Source of the DNA: Octopus vulgaris
Taxonomy: Eukaryota
Reading direction: 5' to 3'
NCBI GenBank assembly: GCA_951406725.2
Contig: OX597814.1
Span: 56,730,001-56,794,000, forward strand
DNA length: 64,000 nt
Position numbers and translations under genes: made by a program
Shown here: positions 40,219 through 56,919 of the stretch, in pieces
Numbering within the stretch: the first letter of the stretch is position 1
How the letters are laid out: each line of letters opens with the position of its first letter
The notes under the pieces: generated by a model
The model's database searches: none
Seen by the model: the letters and a program-made list of their open reading frames with translations, nothing else
What the model was told of the DNA's origin: nothing

Positions 40219-40554
40219 ATAAATATGCATGTATGTATATATGTATGTATATAAATATGCATGTATGTATATATGTATGTATATAAATATGCATGTATGT
40301 ATGTATGTATATATATATACGTATATGTATGTATATACATATATATATATATATACATACGTATATGTATGTATATATATATATATATATACATACGTAT
40401 ATGTATGTATATATATATATATATACATACGTATATGTATGTATATATATATATATATATATATATACGTATATGTATGTATGTATATATATATATATGT
40501 ATGTATATGTATTTGTATATGTATGTATATGTATTTGTATATATATATATGTAT

Positions 40555-40599
<45 letters not shown>

Positions 40600-40706
40600 T
40601 ATACGTATATGTATGTATATATATATGCTTCCATTTCCTGAGCGCCTATTAATAATAATACTGTAATTGTTCCATTGTTGTTGTTTTTTTGTTTCCCGTT
40701 TGGATT

Positions 40707-40756
<50 letters not shown>

Positions 40757-41236
40757 AAGAAAAATAAGAAGGTTAACAGCAGGCTGTTTCACCTCATACC
40801 GAAGGAATTAGAAATGGCAGTCAAAGACCGTTTTTCCAATTTCTATAAGTGGAGAATCCAAAAACGAAGGCTTACGGCTCACATACACAAAACCGGGTTT
40901 TGTGTATGTGAGCCGTAAGAGCCTTCGTTTTTGGATTCTCCACTTATAGAAATTGGAAAACGGTCTTTGACTGCCATTTCTAATTCCTTCGGTATGAGGT
41001 GAAACAGCCTGCTGTTAACCTTCTCATTTTTTCTTTACTATATACTGAACCTTACAAAGGTCTTGACAATTAATTTGTCGTATTTACATACCGAAATTTA
41101 CCGGTGAATAATTGTTGGTTACATGATAAACCACAGGAAAATTATTTACCATTTTTATTGAATATATATATATATATGTATTTGTATATATATATATATA
41201 TGTATGTATATATATATATATATATATACGTATATG

Positions 41237-41268
<32 letters not shown>

Positions 41269-41695
41269 CGTATATGTATGTATGTATATATATATATATG
41301 TATGTATATGTATTTGTATATGTATGTATATGTATTTGTATATATATATATATATATACGTATATGTATGTATGTATATATATATATATGTATTTGTATA
41401 TGTATGTATATGTATTTGTATATGTATGTATATGTATTTGTATATATATATATATATATATATATATACGTATATGTATGTATGTATATATATATATATG
41501 TATTTGTATATGTATGTATATGTATTTGTATATATATATATATACGTATATGTATGTATATATATATGTATGTATATGTATTTGTATATGTATGTATATG
41601 TATTTGTATATATATATATACGTATATGTATGTATATATATGTATATATATATATATAGATATATAATGTATGTACGTATATATATATAATGTAT
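39853..41695. repeat. TA/TATG/TACGTA compound microsatellite interrupted by inserts at 40628-40712 and 40749-41160
   Basis: The same tatacgtatatgtatg higher-order unit occurs on both sides of the inserts. Confidence 0.9.
40749..41044. repeat. ~295-bp near-perfect palindrome centred at 40895
   Basis: agtaaag...acacaaaacc-g-ggttttgtgt...ctttact; only a few indels or mismatches between arms. Confidence 0.95.
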
Positions 41696-42254
41696 GTGCT
41701 GTATTAGTAATTTTGACTTTAAGTGTCCCTCCCAGCGTGTGGCATCTATGTGTAATAGCGCCCTCTATATAATATAAATAAATAAATTTAAAAGAAAAAA
41801 TTGATGGTTTTCTTCTCTTATGAGGTTTTTCATGCTAACTACTTTATAAATTCTTATGAAGATTTATTCTATTTTTAAATTGTAAACTTAACCAGATTAT
41901 TCCCAATAAACACGTTGTTACTGAAATGCAATTCAAAAAAATCTGCCATTTACATAGATGTGTAAGGGATAAACATTCCTACATACTGCGTTAGATACAA
42001 TGGATGTTCGCCTGGTATGTTGTTTTTGTTTATTTTTTATATATCTCACACTGAAGAGTAAAGAGTGCATAATACTGTACCGATTACAAAATCAGTGTGA
42101 TATGTGGCTAAATTCTGTTTTTAAATGACCTGCTTCGAAAATTATTTCAGTAAGACGTGTTTATTTATTTTAGTAGTTTTTTTTTTGTTATTTTACTTGT
42201 TTTGACTTTAACAATCACTCCCAGCATGTGGCATCTATGTGTAATAGTGCCCTG

Positions 42255-42260
<6 letters not shown>
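41695..42260. mobile_element. ~560-bp element with ~60-bp terminal direct repeats in TA microsatellite (possible Penelope pLTR remnant)
   Basis: ttttgactttaa...ctcccagc(g/a)tgtggcatctatgtgtaatag(c/t)gccct at ~41711-41768 and ~42200-42257; internal CTGAAGA hairpin at 42045-42100. Confidence 0.5.
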
Positions 42261-44800
<2,540 letters not shown>

Positions 44801-45244
44801 ATAAGTATTATTTGAGGGAATATTAATCGTAGCTTACAGGGAAAAAATTCAATTAAGAAATACTAAATCAAACTTCACACAATATAATATATATATAAAA
44901 ATTAGATAAAAACACCTTTTATCAATTCAAAATGAACAATTAACGTACACCATGTTGAAAATTACATATAATAGAAATATTAAAATTAAAATAACAATGA
45001 AATACCGATAATTAAGTTAATTGCAAAAAAAAGGGCTGCATGAACAGGCTATGGGACAGGGCTGAAGAGAGGGTCATAGTGTTAATAAAAACAATGACAC
45101 ATACAGACACACAGACACATGCGCATATAAGGATATGCATCATACAAGCATGTAATGGTATAAGCAAAGCAAGAGCACTCACGAAGACAGAAAGTATCGT
45201 CGAGGAGGTTACAGATGCGTGATGAAAAGATTTCTGTACAGTGG

Positions 45245-45598
45245 AGCATGGCTGATGCCAGCGCCACCTTGACTGGCTTCTGTGCCGGTGGCACGTAAAA
45301 GGCACCATCCGAATGTGGCTGATGCCAGCGTCGCCTTGACTGGCTTCTGTGCAGGTGGCACGTAAAAAGCACCATACGATCGTGGCTGCCGCGAGATTCC
45401 CTAGCATCTGTGTCGGTGGCACGTAAAAAGCACCCACTACACTCACGGAGTGGTTGACGTTAGGAAGGGCATCCAGCTGTAGAAACACTGCCAGATCAGA
45501 CTGGAGCCTGGTGCAGCCTCCTGGCTTCTCAGACCCCGGTCAAAACGTCCAACCCGTGCTTGCATGGAAAACGGACATTAAACGATGATGATGATCAT
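45245..45598 (+). mobile_element. RTE-type tail / SINE with ~3 tandem units and (GAT)n tail
   Basis: Family core and ggcacgtaaaa(a)gcaccat units. Confidence 0.82.
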
Positions 45599-45692
45599 GA
45601 GTTAGAATAAGAGCAATAATAAATGAGTGAAGAACGAATATATAGTGTGTGTGTTTATTTAGTAAAAAATGAAATGACCATCCTAAAATACA

Positions 45693-45744
<52 letters not shown>

Positions 45745-46678
45745 GGCTATTGTGTGGTTGTAAATGTTTGATGAATATATGTATATATTAAAACATTTTG
45801 TGTCTTTGGGTGTATTCTTAATGCTTGAGCATGTCTGCATTTATTATATAAATAATATATACATATATATTCATGTGTGTCTATATATATATATAGTGAG
45901 AGAGAGAGAGACACTCACACACATGCAGACATTTGCATATATCTAATGTTGTATATCTTCAAAGATATCGTGAAATAAAACATTGGAAGCCACATATTAC
46001 AATAGTTTTGAGATTGATCCATTTAGATAATATTAATAATCAATTGATAACATTAACCAGGTGTCTCAACAATATCCTGAACATATGGCAGAACAATTAG
46101 TTTGATAACCATACCGGTCTTTATAACATTACCTGTGATTATGATAAACAACTTTGACTACTAAAAATAACTATTCATGATGATAATAATAATAATAATC
46201 GTGTAGTTGTCTACATTGAAGCTGGATATCATTTTTCATTTGTTTGCACTAGCAATGTTTTCTTATTTTATTTCTCCTATCCTCACACGTTTGCATTTAA
46301 CATCTCTTATCTACTTTCCTAATCCAACTTTGATGTTCTCTTTCAAATCTCTCTTAAGTAATCTTAAATCATTAACCATTTAATATTTTCTCTGGTTTTC
46401 TGCACCTGTATCACCCCCAATTTGTAGCACTGTATTACCCCTGTTATACTTATTTTATAGTTTTGCAGCTACTAAGGGTTGAAAGTGGAATTGTCTTGTG
46501 AGATTGTTCAATCTGTTTCGGTTTGCTTTCTGTCACTGAATGTTATATTATAATTAATCTTCAGCATGAATATAAGGTGGTCACTAATCCATAGACAAAT
46601 GATTTCTTTCATTCTCTGTAGAAGTCATCCACTCTTAAGGAGTTGATGGCAGTACTTCTCGCAAGCTCTTTTCTTCTT

Positions 46679-46719
<41 letters not shown>

Positions 46720-46866
46720 TTCATATTTATTAATATTGTTTCTCTATTTGCTTTTTTTATGAAATATTTCAAATATACTTAGTTGTTGTGCATTGTTTTT
46801 CTTTAATGCTCTTTCATTTGTTTTGTTTTATTTTGCTTCAGATTTTTTTTATTGTTATCAATATTG

Positions 46867-46898
<32 letters not shown>

Positions 46899-47062
46899 TC
46901 TTGAAGGGGAACACAAAAATTCATCCCATATCATAGATTTTATCTTGTCATTGCTAACAGATAATTTTTTAAAATTGTTAAGAAATGTTTTGTTGTTAAT
47001 GTTGTATAGCAAAGGAATTTTTTTTGTGTGTGTGTCATAAGTCCTCTTACATTATAATACAG

Positions 47063-47776
47063 AAAGAAGGGGATGCATCGCAGCCCTCAACGTCAGAGGC
47101 CTCTGATCCTGCACGAACCACAACAACATCTGCTTCTTCATCAGCTTCCCCTGCAGTGACATCTAACACCAATGACACTCAGGTGCCCAATAATACTAGT
47201 CCAAGCGAACCTACCAGTTCTGACACCCCACAGACCATGCCCCGGTCACAGCAGTCTCCGCAACCATTGATGGAAGATGCTAAAGTTCCTGCACCATCTT
47301 CAGGTACTGTGCCGCCACAGGCTGATGCTACCACAACCAGTAAACAGCTAAGTGCTGCTTCTTCAGCTGCATCAACAACACCAATGTCATCAACGGAATC
47401 ACCGATGCCAACTAATAGTGCAGCTGAAAATTCAAAGGATCAGGAAGCTGCTGTATCGCCGTCACCAGCGACATCATCATTGCCCCAAGCTTCATCAGCT
47501 ATCCCTTCTACAGGTCAACTCCCCAATGAGCACTCTTCTTTGCTGACAACTGTGACTGATATGGCAGCAGGCAACCAAAATCTAGATAAAAATGCTGGCG
47601 CTCTGACTACTACTAATACTACTGTTACTGCTACGTCTCATACTACTGGCACTGCTACCACTGCCATCTCCTCAGATGACAGTGTTGCGGCTAATGCAAC
47701 CAGTCAAAGCACTCCTTCCTCTGCAGTTAAACAGTTACCCCAATCTGGATTACCAGCCGGGGAAACTTCATCGCAG
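47063..47776 (+). CDS. Internal coding exon (714 nt, 238 aa, phase 0/0) of an unidentified gene; Ser/Thr/Pro/Ala-rich low-complexity region
   Basis: GC-richer, non-repetitive open frame KEGDASQPSTSE...GETSSQ, bounded by acceptor atacag| and donor CAG|gtgaga. No transposon motifs. Confidence 0.85.
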
Positions 47777-48267
47777 GTGAGAACATAGGTACAAAGTAAC
47801 TTAAGTAAACAAAACAAAACAAAACTACACTTCAAACAATTGGTGATGATATAAGCAAAATATTCTACACACACATACACGCATTTAGTTGTGTGTGTAT
47901 GTGTATTTAAACTTATATGTATATGTGTGCATCTTTAAATGTGTGTGTGCATGTGCATATATTTGTGCACATTTAAATGTGTGTGTGTGTATATATATAT
48001 ATATGCATGCATTTGTATGGATATGTGAATATACATATGTGCATGTACAAATGTACATGCATGTTTATGTGTGTATAGATATGTGGACATGCAAGTGTGT
48101 GTGTGTGCTTGAGTGTGTAGATATGTGTGTGTGTATACACACACATGTTTACTTACATTTGTATATGTGTATGTATATTTGTAAGTATATAGTTGTGTAT
48201 GTGTGTATACATGTATATATTTCTGTATGTGAATGTAAGCATATGTATGTATGTATGTATGTATGTA

Positions 48268-48319
<52 letters not shown>

Positions 48320-48468
48320 CATATTTTATTTGCCTCTATGACTGATATTTGCTTGCCACTAGTGATGGTATATATACATATACATATATTGTGCAAGTCT
48401 ATATGTGTGTGTATTGTGTAAGTTTGTGCATGCATGTGTATATATACATATATATTTATATGCGTCTG

Positions 48469-48531
<63 letters not shown>

Positions 48532-49286
48532 GTATAGATGTTTTTGTATGCTTGTATGGATATGTATATGCACACACACACACACATGTATGAGTATTCT
48601 ATTCAAGGCATTATGGAATATACTGAAAAACAGTGTGCTATCGATGGCAATAGTATTGCAGATGGACCATTAAATATATTAAAAAAATAACAATGAGGAA
48701 GTTATTGAAATGTTACCTTAAAAATATCTAATTAGTTCTGATATTTCCAATAAAAAATTTCATTACAAAAGCTTTCAAGATATCCTAAGAGAGTTATAGA
48801 TTATGTAAGCATTTCAATGAATTGTATGTTGTATTAGAATTGCCACACATGTGGAGATGATTAGAATTTGGGGTTATGGGTTTTATTCCATTGGGATTTA
48901 GCCAGGAATAATATATTTTATTTTGTATTTATCAGTGGCATAGTTATAACCTACTCCTTTAAATGGTACCATTTGGAAGAACTTATTCAATTGTTTTAAA
49001 AGTATGGAGCAGATGTATGAAGAAGTAATTTGATTCAGATTTGTAAAAGCCAAATTGTACTGCCAGTGTAACATTTGTTGCAATTTGTAACTCTCTCTTG
49101 TTCTATAGGGTTAGAGTTCTTTAAAGCCTTTGAAAATGAGTTTTTAACTCAGAATATCAGGACTATTAAAATTTTTTAAGGAAACATTTCTAGATCTTTG
49201 TTATTATTGTTATTGAGATTTAAAGTTCTATCTGTATTGCTATGTCACTGTCTGTACAGGACACTGATTTTCTACGCACAATCATG

Positions 49287-49357
<71 letters not shown>

Positions 49358-52300
49358 TGTATATATATACACACATACATACATATATGTGTTAGTTCTA
49401 TACTTATAAGGTAGCTTCCATATCCCCCCAGTACTAATACTAACACCACCAAGTCTCCCTATTTTCTTTAATTTACATAATACTAATTCTTCAAAAACTC
49501 TTAATTTAATGTTCTCATTATTATTTCTTTTGCTGTCCTACATTACTAATCTTTTGTAGATTTTATTGAAGTTTATTTTTTATAAGCTCTTTATTATTTA
49601 TGTATTATTTAATTTATATAAGTTACTCTCATTAAGCAAATTAGTTTACATATATCATTTATAGTTAAATTGTTTTCTTATTCTTAATTTACCAATGTCA
49701 TGGGCAGCGTATTTGTGTTTTGAAAGTTAACTGTTCTTTCTCTCATTAGTACTTTTATATACTTAGACTTTTCTAATACTCTGCTTTGATTTTTGTCTTG
49801 TGGAATACAACTGATAGTGGTTTTCATATTAGGTGTTGTAGCTTTCAAAACCTTTGTCATTTGAAACTATTTCGATGATAGTAATCACTTTTTCCTGTCT
49901 TTTATCCTATTGAACTTTATACCCTTTGAGTAGATAAAGAATTGATTCGAGTGTATATCTTCCATTCTTACAAACTGGAGATACCTTGAACAGGGAAGTT
50001 TATAAATCGAGTCATTTATTCAAAATTTTATGTTTGATCAGCTGTTGGGTTTGGAAAAGAGATTCTTGGATTGTACTGGTTTGAAGTATTTACAAAAAAA
50101 TTAGCAGTTTTTATTTGATTTAAATTCACAATATAATAGAGAGTTATATTCTAAATATGAAGTAACATAAATTTGTTCTGAACTTTGAATAAATATCTAT
50201 TTAATGAAGTTTAAAGGATATGACTTCAGATATATATATATATATGAATGAATGAAAAATAAATCAGTAAGGTTGGCAAAATTAATAATGCCAGGCAGAA
50301 TACCTGGTAGTATTTGAATACCTCCCATCTAGGTTGGCTTTGCTTTTCATCCCTTTGATGTTAATAAAATAAGTACCAGTTGAGTACTGGACTTGATATG
50401 ATTGACTAAACTGTTGAAAGTAATGCCCCAACATAGCAGCATAACCAGGAAAAAGACAAAAGAAGAATAATGTAAAAATGATTGGAAGATTTTAAGATAA
50501 ATTTATTATTGGTGGAAGGATTAAATGTTATGGTCTCATATTGCTATATAATTGTAAAACTTATGTTAGTTTTAATGATTAACAAGTTTTTGTTCTAAAA
50601 GTGGAAATAATTTAAGTTAAAACTTCAACAAAATCCATACCTAGTATTTGACACAAAGGAAATCAGGCATTTGATATTGTTTCATGAGTAAAACACAGGG
50701 TTATTGTTCTCTTCTGTAACCTCTGATTATTTTGATTTTTCTGTAGACCATTATGTTAGTACATATACTTTAAAACATGAAAGTAATTTGTTTCAGTTTG
50801 TAAAAATCACTACTTGCATTAGAATTTGATAAAAGTATTTCAAATAATACATGTACATAAGAAGAAGAAAAAAAAAAACTGAAACTCTGAATATAGTCTT
50901 AATACCCAGTGTAATATATGGGGGGAGGGCTCTAAGTATATTTAAAATGGAAATCCATGTCTGAAATATCAGTTGTTGATATTCCAAGAATACTTGAAAT
51001 TTATTGGTACCAATCCTATATTATTCAAAATACCCAAAACAGTTCCTAATTTGATTTTTGATGATTTATTTATTGCTTTAGAAAAGCCCTAATTAAGAAC
51101 AAAAGCATTTCAAAGAAGAAAAAGGAAGTAGCAGGATATTTTCAAACATTAAAAAGGGGTAAAAACGATGTCTTTTATTTCAGAATTGTTATAGCTTAAC
51201 AGGACAGCCATGAACTTTAGTTTGCAACATGATCACAAAATATCTTTTATGGTGGGTTAATCATTTGAAGGGAATTGTTTTTTAGTGCTTTAAAATTTTG
51301 GAAATGTTTAAAATTCAATTTTGTCTCTAATTGATATTTCCGGAGGAATGGGAAGTAGTGAAAAGTGATTCTGAAAAAGTTATATGGAAATTGATATTTA
51401 TTATTTGTTATCTAAAACCAATGGGAAATCAAGACATAAAAGAAGTGAGAGAAAGAGAGTGGGCAAAGCTTTTTATTTTCTTTCACTTATGAAATGGTCA
51501 TTTTCTGTCATTTCCTTTGTTAATTTGTTGAAACATGAGCTCCAGCCAAGCTTGTCTACATTTGCATATAATTTTTCATAAAAATATTTTCTCTTTTAAT
51601 TGTTGTTGAAATTCTATTTTAAATGGATTTTTTTTTTAAAGTTTTTCCCCTCCCATCCTTCATTTTAGGGAATTTATTCAGTCAGGTAAAATTCTCACCA
51701 CTGCATATATTTTCTTAAGATTACTTTTGATTTAGCCAAAAGGTTAAAAAATGATAATAAAAAAGTAAAAGCTAACCAACAGAATTCAAATTTAGAACAA
51801 GTATTATTGAAATAGCTAATTGAGAACATTCAACAAAGATGCTGTAGTCAGTCACTCAACAGGTTACGACATAGTAGTGTACTGTAATCAGCCATCAATC
51901 TATATTAATTAGTAATATATGAAGTCTACCAATAAAATTGGTTAGAGATTTAAAGGCAGGGTGAAAAAGAATATATGGATTTGTTTCAGCTTGTTGAGAA
52001 TTTAATTTTTAATGTCTTTGTGATTTTATTTAAAACTCATATGTAAAGTTTTTTTACTCATTTCTGATAATGAAGATATTCTCTGAAAGAAGTTAACAAC
52101 TGCACTGAAAAGTAATTTGGTATTTTATAAGTAATTAATTAGTAGATACAATGTAGGGCTCTGAATATCTTTGTATTTTTTTTACTTTAACTTATTTCTT
52201 TGTGTCATCTTTAAAACCTTAGATTTAATGAATATGCCTAGGTAGGAGTTTACCAGGTCGCAGATAATTATATAAGTTTAATTTTTTATTTCTTAATATT

Positions 52301-54530
52301 TCTCACCTCTTTATTATATCATATCCCTAGTTAAGAATATCTGCTTATGCATTATTTTATTTTTTTAATGAAAACAAAAAAAAGTTATCCTGCCTTTCCT
52401 CACTATGTCTGTTCCCATTCATATCTATTTCTTTTGCTATACCCTTCATCCCATTTTGAAACCCTTTTTAATTATCACTATTTCAGTTTGCTTCTATCAT
52501 TATCATTGTTAATCACCTTATTGCAAGCATCGCTGCTGACTGAAAAACCTCCCACTGCGCTGCCAAGCAATATATCAAACAACAATTGCTAAACGTTTGC
52601 TGCTTATATATATATGCCTTATTACACACTGTTTATGCAATTGTTCTGTTGTAGTTTTGTTTTGTTTTGTTTTGTTTTTAAATATTATTGTTTATGTTTC
52701 TTAATTATACTTCTTCTTTCCTCTGATTACTTGTTGCTAGAAATCCACTGTCTTAACCAGTTCATATTATTATAGCAACTGTGGAACTTGAGGTGACTCT
52801 CAAGGCCGGGCTATTTTGTTGAAGCAGTTTATTCACACACCCTCATGCACACACAGGAATGTCAGTTTTATATTTTTTAAAAAATTATTTCTTGAATGAA
52901 GTATTTGTTTTCAAGACAATCATTATTTTGTTCTGTAGTGACAGGAAACTTTAACTGGTACTTTTTAGAATAATTATTAATTATTAACTTACACACAGTT
53001 GTCACTAACATGTAGCAGCAATATTTTCACAGACCAAATTTTGTGACTCAAATTTCATTTAACTATATTTGGACAAAGCTTGTAGTTCCTGATTTCTTGT
53101 TTTCTACATTAATCTTAAATTAGTCGTGAGCCTTTATTTGAAAATAAAAAAAAAAGAACAAACTATTAGTGAAGTCACTGTTAATTTATCTAATGCCGGG
53201 AGCATTAAAAAGTTAATGAAAATGTGGCAGTTACATTGACATCCACTTGATCTAGCATGGGTGTTTTTCGTTAATGTCTGTAACTTTGTTATTATGTAAC
53301 CAGCTAATGAAATAGTTGATGAGAGATGGGTTATTGAAACATACAATGCAGTTTCCAGATATACATGCAAGTGCTAACAGCTAACAGACTGAATTCTCTG
53401 GGATGGAAGATAGTTTGGGGTTAATGGTAAAAAATTCACTCTTTTTGATATTGAAGCTGTCTTTTACTTGGCCTGCAGTGACCATCTCCTTTGTTAAGAT
53501 ATTCCATCGTAGTGTTTTCCACTTTGATATAAATCCCTCTTGCATAGGCTTAGAAGTAAGAAGAATACAGCACCTGATATTGATAGGGCTAGTCTAAACG
53601 ATGCTAAAAGCACTTTTGTTTTAAGGTCTTATTTTATTGACAGCATTGTCTAAATTCGTTAATTTTTGATAAATTTGATGATTGTCATTTGAAGCAAAAA
53701 CTAACAATAGTTATGCTGCAAAAATGTTTTTGAGTTATTTTTTTGAGTCTTCCAAAAAAGAATTTTAAAATCATGGTTGTCTTGAAAACTGCTTTTTACC
53801 ATTTGTTTGCTAAAGCCATCATTGAGGTTCACTGTATGACGAAGAAAAAACCATTTGCTGCTTTTGGAAGACATCATTCTCTTCTACCTGTTTATTGGTA
53901 AACTAGTGCCTAAGCCAAACTGTAAGTACAGGAAGAATGGTGGTCTCTGGAAGTTGTAGAATTGGAAGAATTAAAATGTCTGTTGATGAGTATATGTTGA
54001 TAGCAATAGTTTAATATTTAAGCATTTATTCACTGTGTCCTTTTCAATGAATGTACTAGAAAAAATTGTTAAACTTGCCACAGCATGAATTACATGAATC
54101 ATTATAATTGATATTTGTTGACATTGTTTCTTTTAACCTTATCCTTGTCACTTTCTATTTCATCATTTTGGTGTATTAAACTTTAAAGTAAAAGGTAATT
54201 GTATCTGCAGCACAGCAAATTCTGAAATGAAATGAAATATGTTTTATGTAAGTGTAGCCAGAGGTATATATTCTAGGTGTGCTAGGTATGCACTGCACAC
54301 CCATTGAAAATGGCAAATTCATTATAAATATTAACCTTACTCATTAATTTAATCACAAATCTAATGGAAAACTTTTGTTATATCCCTGCTTGAAATATGG
54401 TGGCATTAGGTGTGACAGCACATCCAATACACCAACCACCATACACCACTGTGTATAACCCTTATCAGCTACTAATTTAGGATAAATCGATATACTAAAT
54501 ATAAGGATTTCTTAGAATCTTTAAAATCTT

Positions 54531-54759
54531 TTAAATCCTTTAACATTTAAACCTGCCATATCTGGCCAAAATATTCTACCTGTTTTATGTTCAAACCAGC
54601 CTGATGCAGCCTCTCATGCCTACCCTACAGTGTCATTCTAAAAATAAATGATCACACCATCAAAATCTCAAAGCTAAAAGATAATGCATGATTAATTTAA
54701 AACAATGTGAATAAATAAGCGTGACATTTGATTGAATAATCTGAATGCTGAAGGGTTAA
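54531..54759 (-). mobile_element. ~225-bp TTAA-flanked MITE copy (opposite orientation)
   Basis: Reverse complement of 17882-18109; ends ctgaatgctgaagggttaa. Confidence 0.75.
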
Positions 54760-54761
54760 AT

Positions 54762-55175
54762 AAGCACAGGTGTGGCTGTGTGGTAAGATGTTTGCTTCCA
54801 AACCACATGGTTTCAGCTTCAGTCCCACAGTGTGCTATGTTGGGCAAGTGCTTTCTGATAATTGTTCAAGGCCAACCAAAGCCTTGTGAATGGATTTGGT
54901 TAACAGAAACTGAAAGAAGCCAATTGTGTGTATGTATGTATATGTTTGTGTGTCTATGTATCCTTGTGTTACATATTCAACTCCACTATTCAACAACCAG
55001 TGTTGGTTTGTTTGTGTCCCTTTAACTTAGTGATTCAGTATAAGAGACTGATTGAAAAAGTACCAGACTTTTTTAAAAAAGCACTGAGGTTGATTCATTT
55101 GACTAAGATCCTTCAAGGCAGTCCCCCAGCATGGTTGCAGTCCAATGACTGAAGCAAGAAAAAGATAAAAAGATA
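54762..55175 (+). mobile_element. tRNA-derived SINE(s)
   Basis: A-box-like gtggctgtgtggtaag and B-box-like ttcagtccc; body ccaaagccttgtgaatggatttgg...actgaaagaagcc, with a related decayed copy at ~24345-24470. Confidence 0.6.
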
Positions 55176-55224
55176 TAAAATGTATATGAAAGAAAAGATT
55201 TCTTAATATGTTAATATGTTACAT

Positions 55225-56570
55225 TTGGCAAAATGATTTGTGACATTTCGTCTGTCTTTACATTCTGAGGTCAACTTTGCCTTTCATCCTTTCAGAGCCA
55301 ATAAGTACCAGTTAAGCACTTGTGCCAAAATTTGAAACCAGTATTTTTTTTTTCTACTCTAGGCACAAAGCCTGAAATTTTTGGGGAAGGGGCCAGTTGA
55401 TTAAATTGATCCCCGGTATGCAACTGGTACTTAATTCATTGACCCCGAAAGGATGAAAGGCAAAGTCGACCTTGGCGAAATTTGAACTCAGAATGTAAAG
55501 ACAGACAAAATTCCACTAAGCATTTTGTCCGATGTGCTAACGTTTCTGCCAGCTCACCGCCTTCTCATAAAGGCCAGTTTCCTGGTTCCATTGGCATATA
55601 GGTTTCCCACCTGGATGGGATGCCAGTCTGTTGCAAGTGAGCTGCTAGATGCAGGAGGAAAGAGTGAGAGAAAGTTGTGGCAAAAGAGTCAGCAGAAGTT
55701 TGCCATTACCTTCTGCTGGAGCCACGTGGAACTTAAGTGTTTTGCTCATAAACACACACATAGCCTGATCTGAGATTCGAAACTGCAATCTCTGCTCTAA
55801 CCACTAGGCCTTGTGCTTCCACTAGAAACCAGTATATTAATACATTAATGCAAATTCCCACATATCTGCACTTCCACCAATAAGTTTGATATACTGAGAC
55901 ATGCGACCAGTTAAATGATGCTGCTGCCACTGAATCATCTTATCCTATGTTAATATCAAAATTAAGGTACTGACCAGTAGAAATAAGTTTCAGCAAGAAT
56001 ATTCTGTGGTCTTTAATTGCTTGCTTTTATTTATGATTTAAAATCCTGTCAGGGTTGCTTGTCATCCTTTTGAGGTTGATAAAATATTTACCAATCAGTT
56101 AAATTGAGGTTGGTTGTTTGTGTTAGAAATGACAGGTGGCAGAATCATTAACACACTTGACAAATATCCACAGCAGGATTTCACTTGGCTTTACATTCTA
56201 AGTTCAAATTCTGTTGAGGTCAACTTTCATCCTTTCAGAGTTGATAAAATAAGTAGTTTGAGCACTGGGGTTGATGTAATCGACTTGTCCCCTTCCCTAA
56301 AACTGCTGGCCTTGTTTCAAATTTTGAAACCATTAGCTATATTTAAAGTGGTAGATTGGCAGAATAGTAAGAGCATTGGAAAAAAAATTCTTGCTGTATT
56401 TCTTCCAGTTCTTTACATTCTGAGTTCAGATTCTACCAAAGTAAACTTTTATTTTAACTACCTGGGGGTCATTAAAATAAAGTACTGGAAAGTATTAATC
56501 AAATGCTTGGTCATTCATTGACTAATGCCTCCACCAAAATTTCAGGCTTTGTGCCTATATTACAAACAAT
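55225..56570. mobile_element. Cluster of SINEs in both orientations (Deu/Nin-like core; minus copies ~55350-55560 and ~55565-55820)
   Basis: Core ctttgcctttcatcctttc...aagtaccagtt on + and gaccccgaaaggatgaaaggcaaagtcgac on -. Confidence 0.65.
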
Positions 56571-56690
56571 TAGTATTAGTAATATCACATTATATTCCCA
56601 TGTGTAAGCTTGTGTTATCAAATTGTAATAGTTTTCTTTCCTATCTTTTACTTGTTTCAGCTTGTTAGTTGTAATTTTTTTTTTATTTTT

Positions 56691-56919
56691 GTAACCCTTT
56701 AGCATTCAGATTACTCTGTTGAATGTAATGCTTATTTATTCACATTGTTATGAATTAATCATCTATTATTTTGCAGCTTCAAAACTTTGACAATGTGATA
56801 ATATATTTTTTTTAGAACGACATCATTGGGTGTGTGTGAGAGGCTGGATCTGGCTGGTTTGAACATAAAACAGGTTGACTGTTTGGGCTGGATGTGGCTG
56901 GTAAATGCTAATGGGTTAA
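56691..56919 (+). mobile_element. ~225-bp TTAA-type MITE copy
   Basis: taaccctttagcattcag...aatgctaatgggttaa. Confidence 0.75.

Noticed and set aside
39309-40634. 441-aa ORF as a novel fusion protein
   Set aside because: Microsatellite read-through into a truncated CR1/L2 LINE fragment.
46622-46651. 30-nt exon KSSTLKELMA after ctctgtag
   Set aside because: The donor GCA|gtactt is too weak to support without transcript data.
47940-48070. TGCATG (Rbfox) motif cluster downstream of the large exon
   Set aside because: TGCATG arises readily in TG/CA/TA microsatellites across the window; enrichment cannot be shown.
54259-54451. hAT-like MITE (cagaggtatat / atacaccactg)
   Set aside because: TIR short and imperfect, no TSD identified, single copy in the window.
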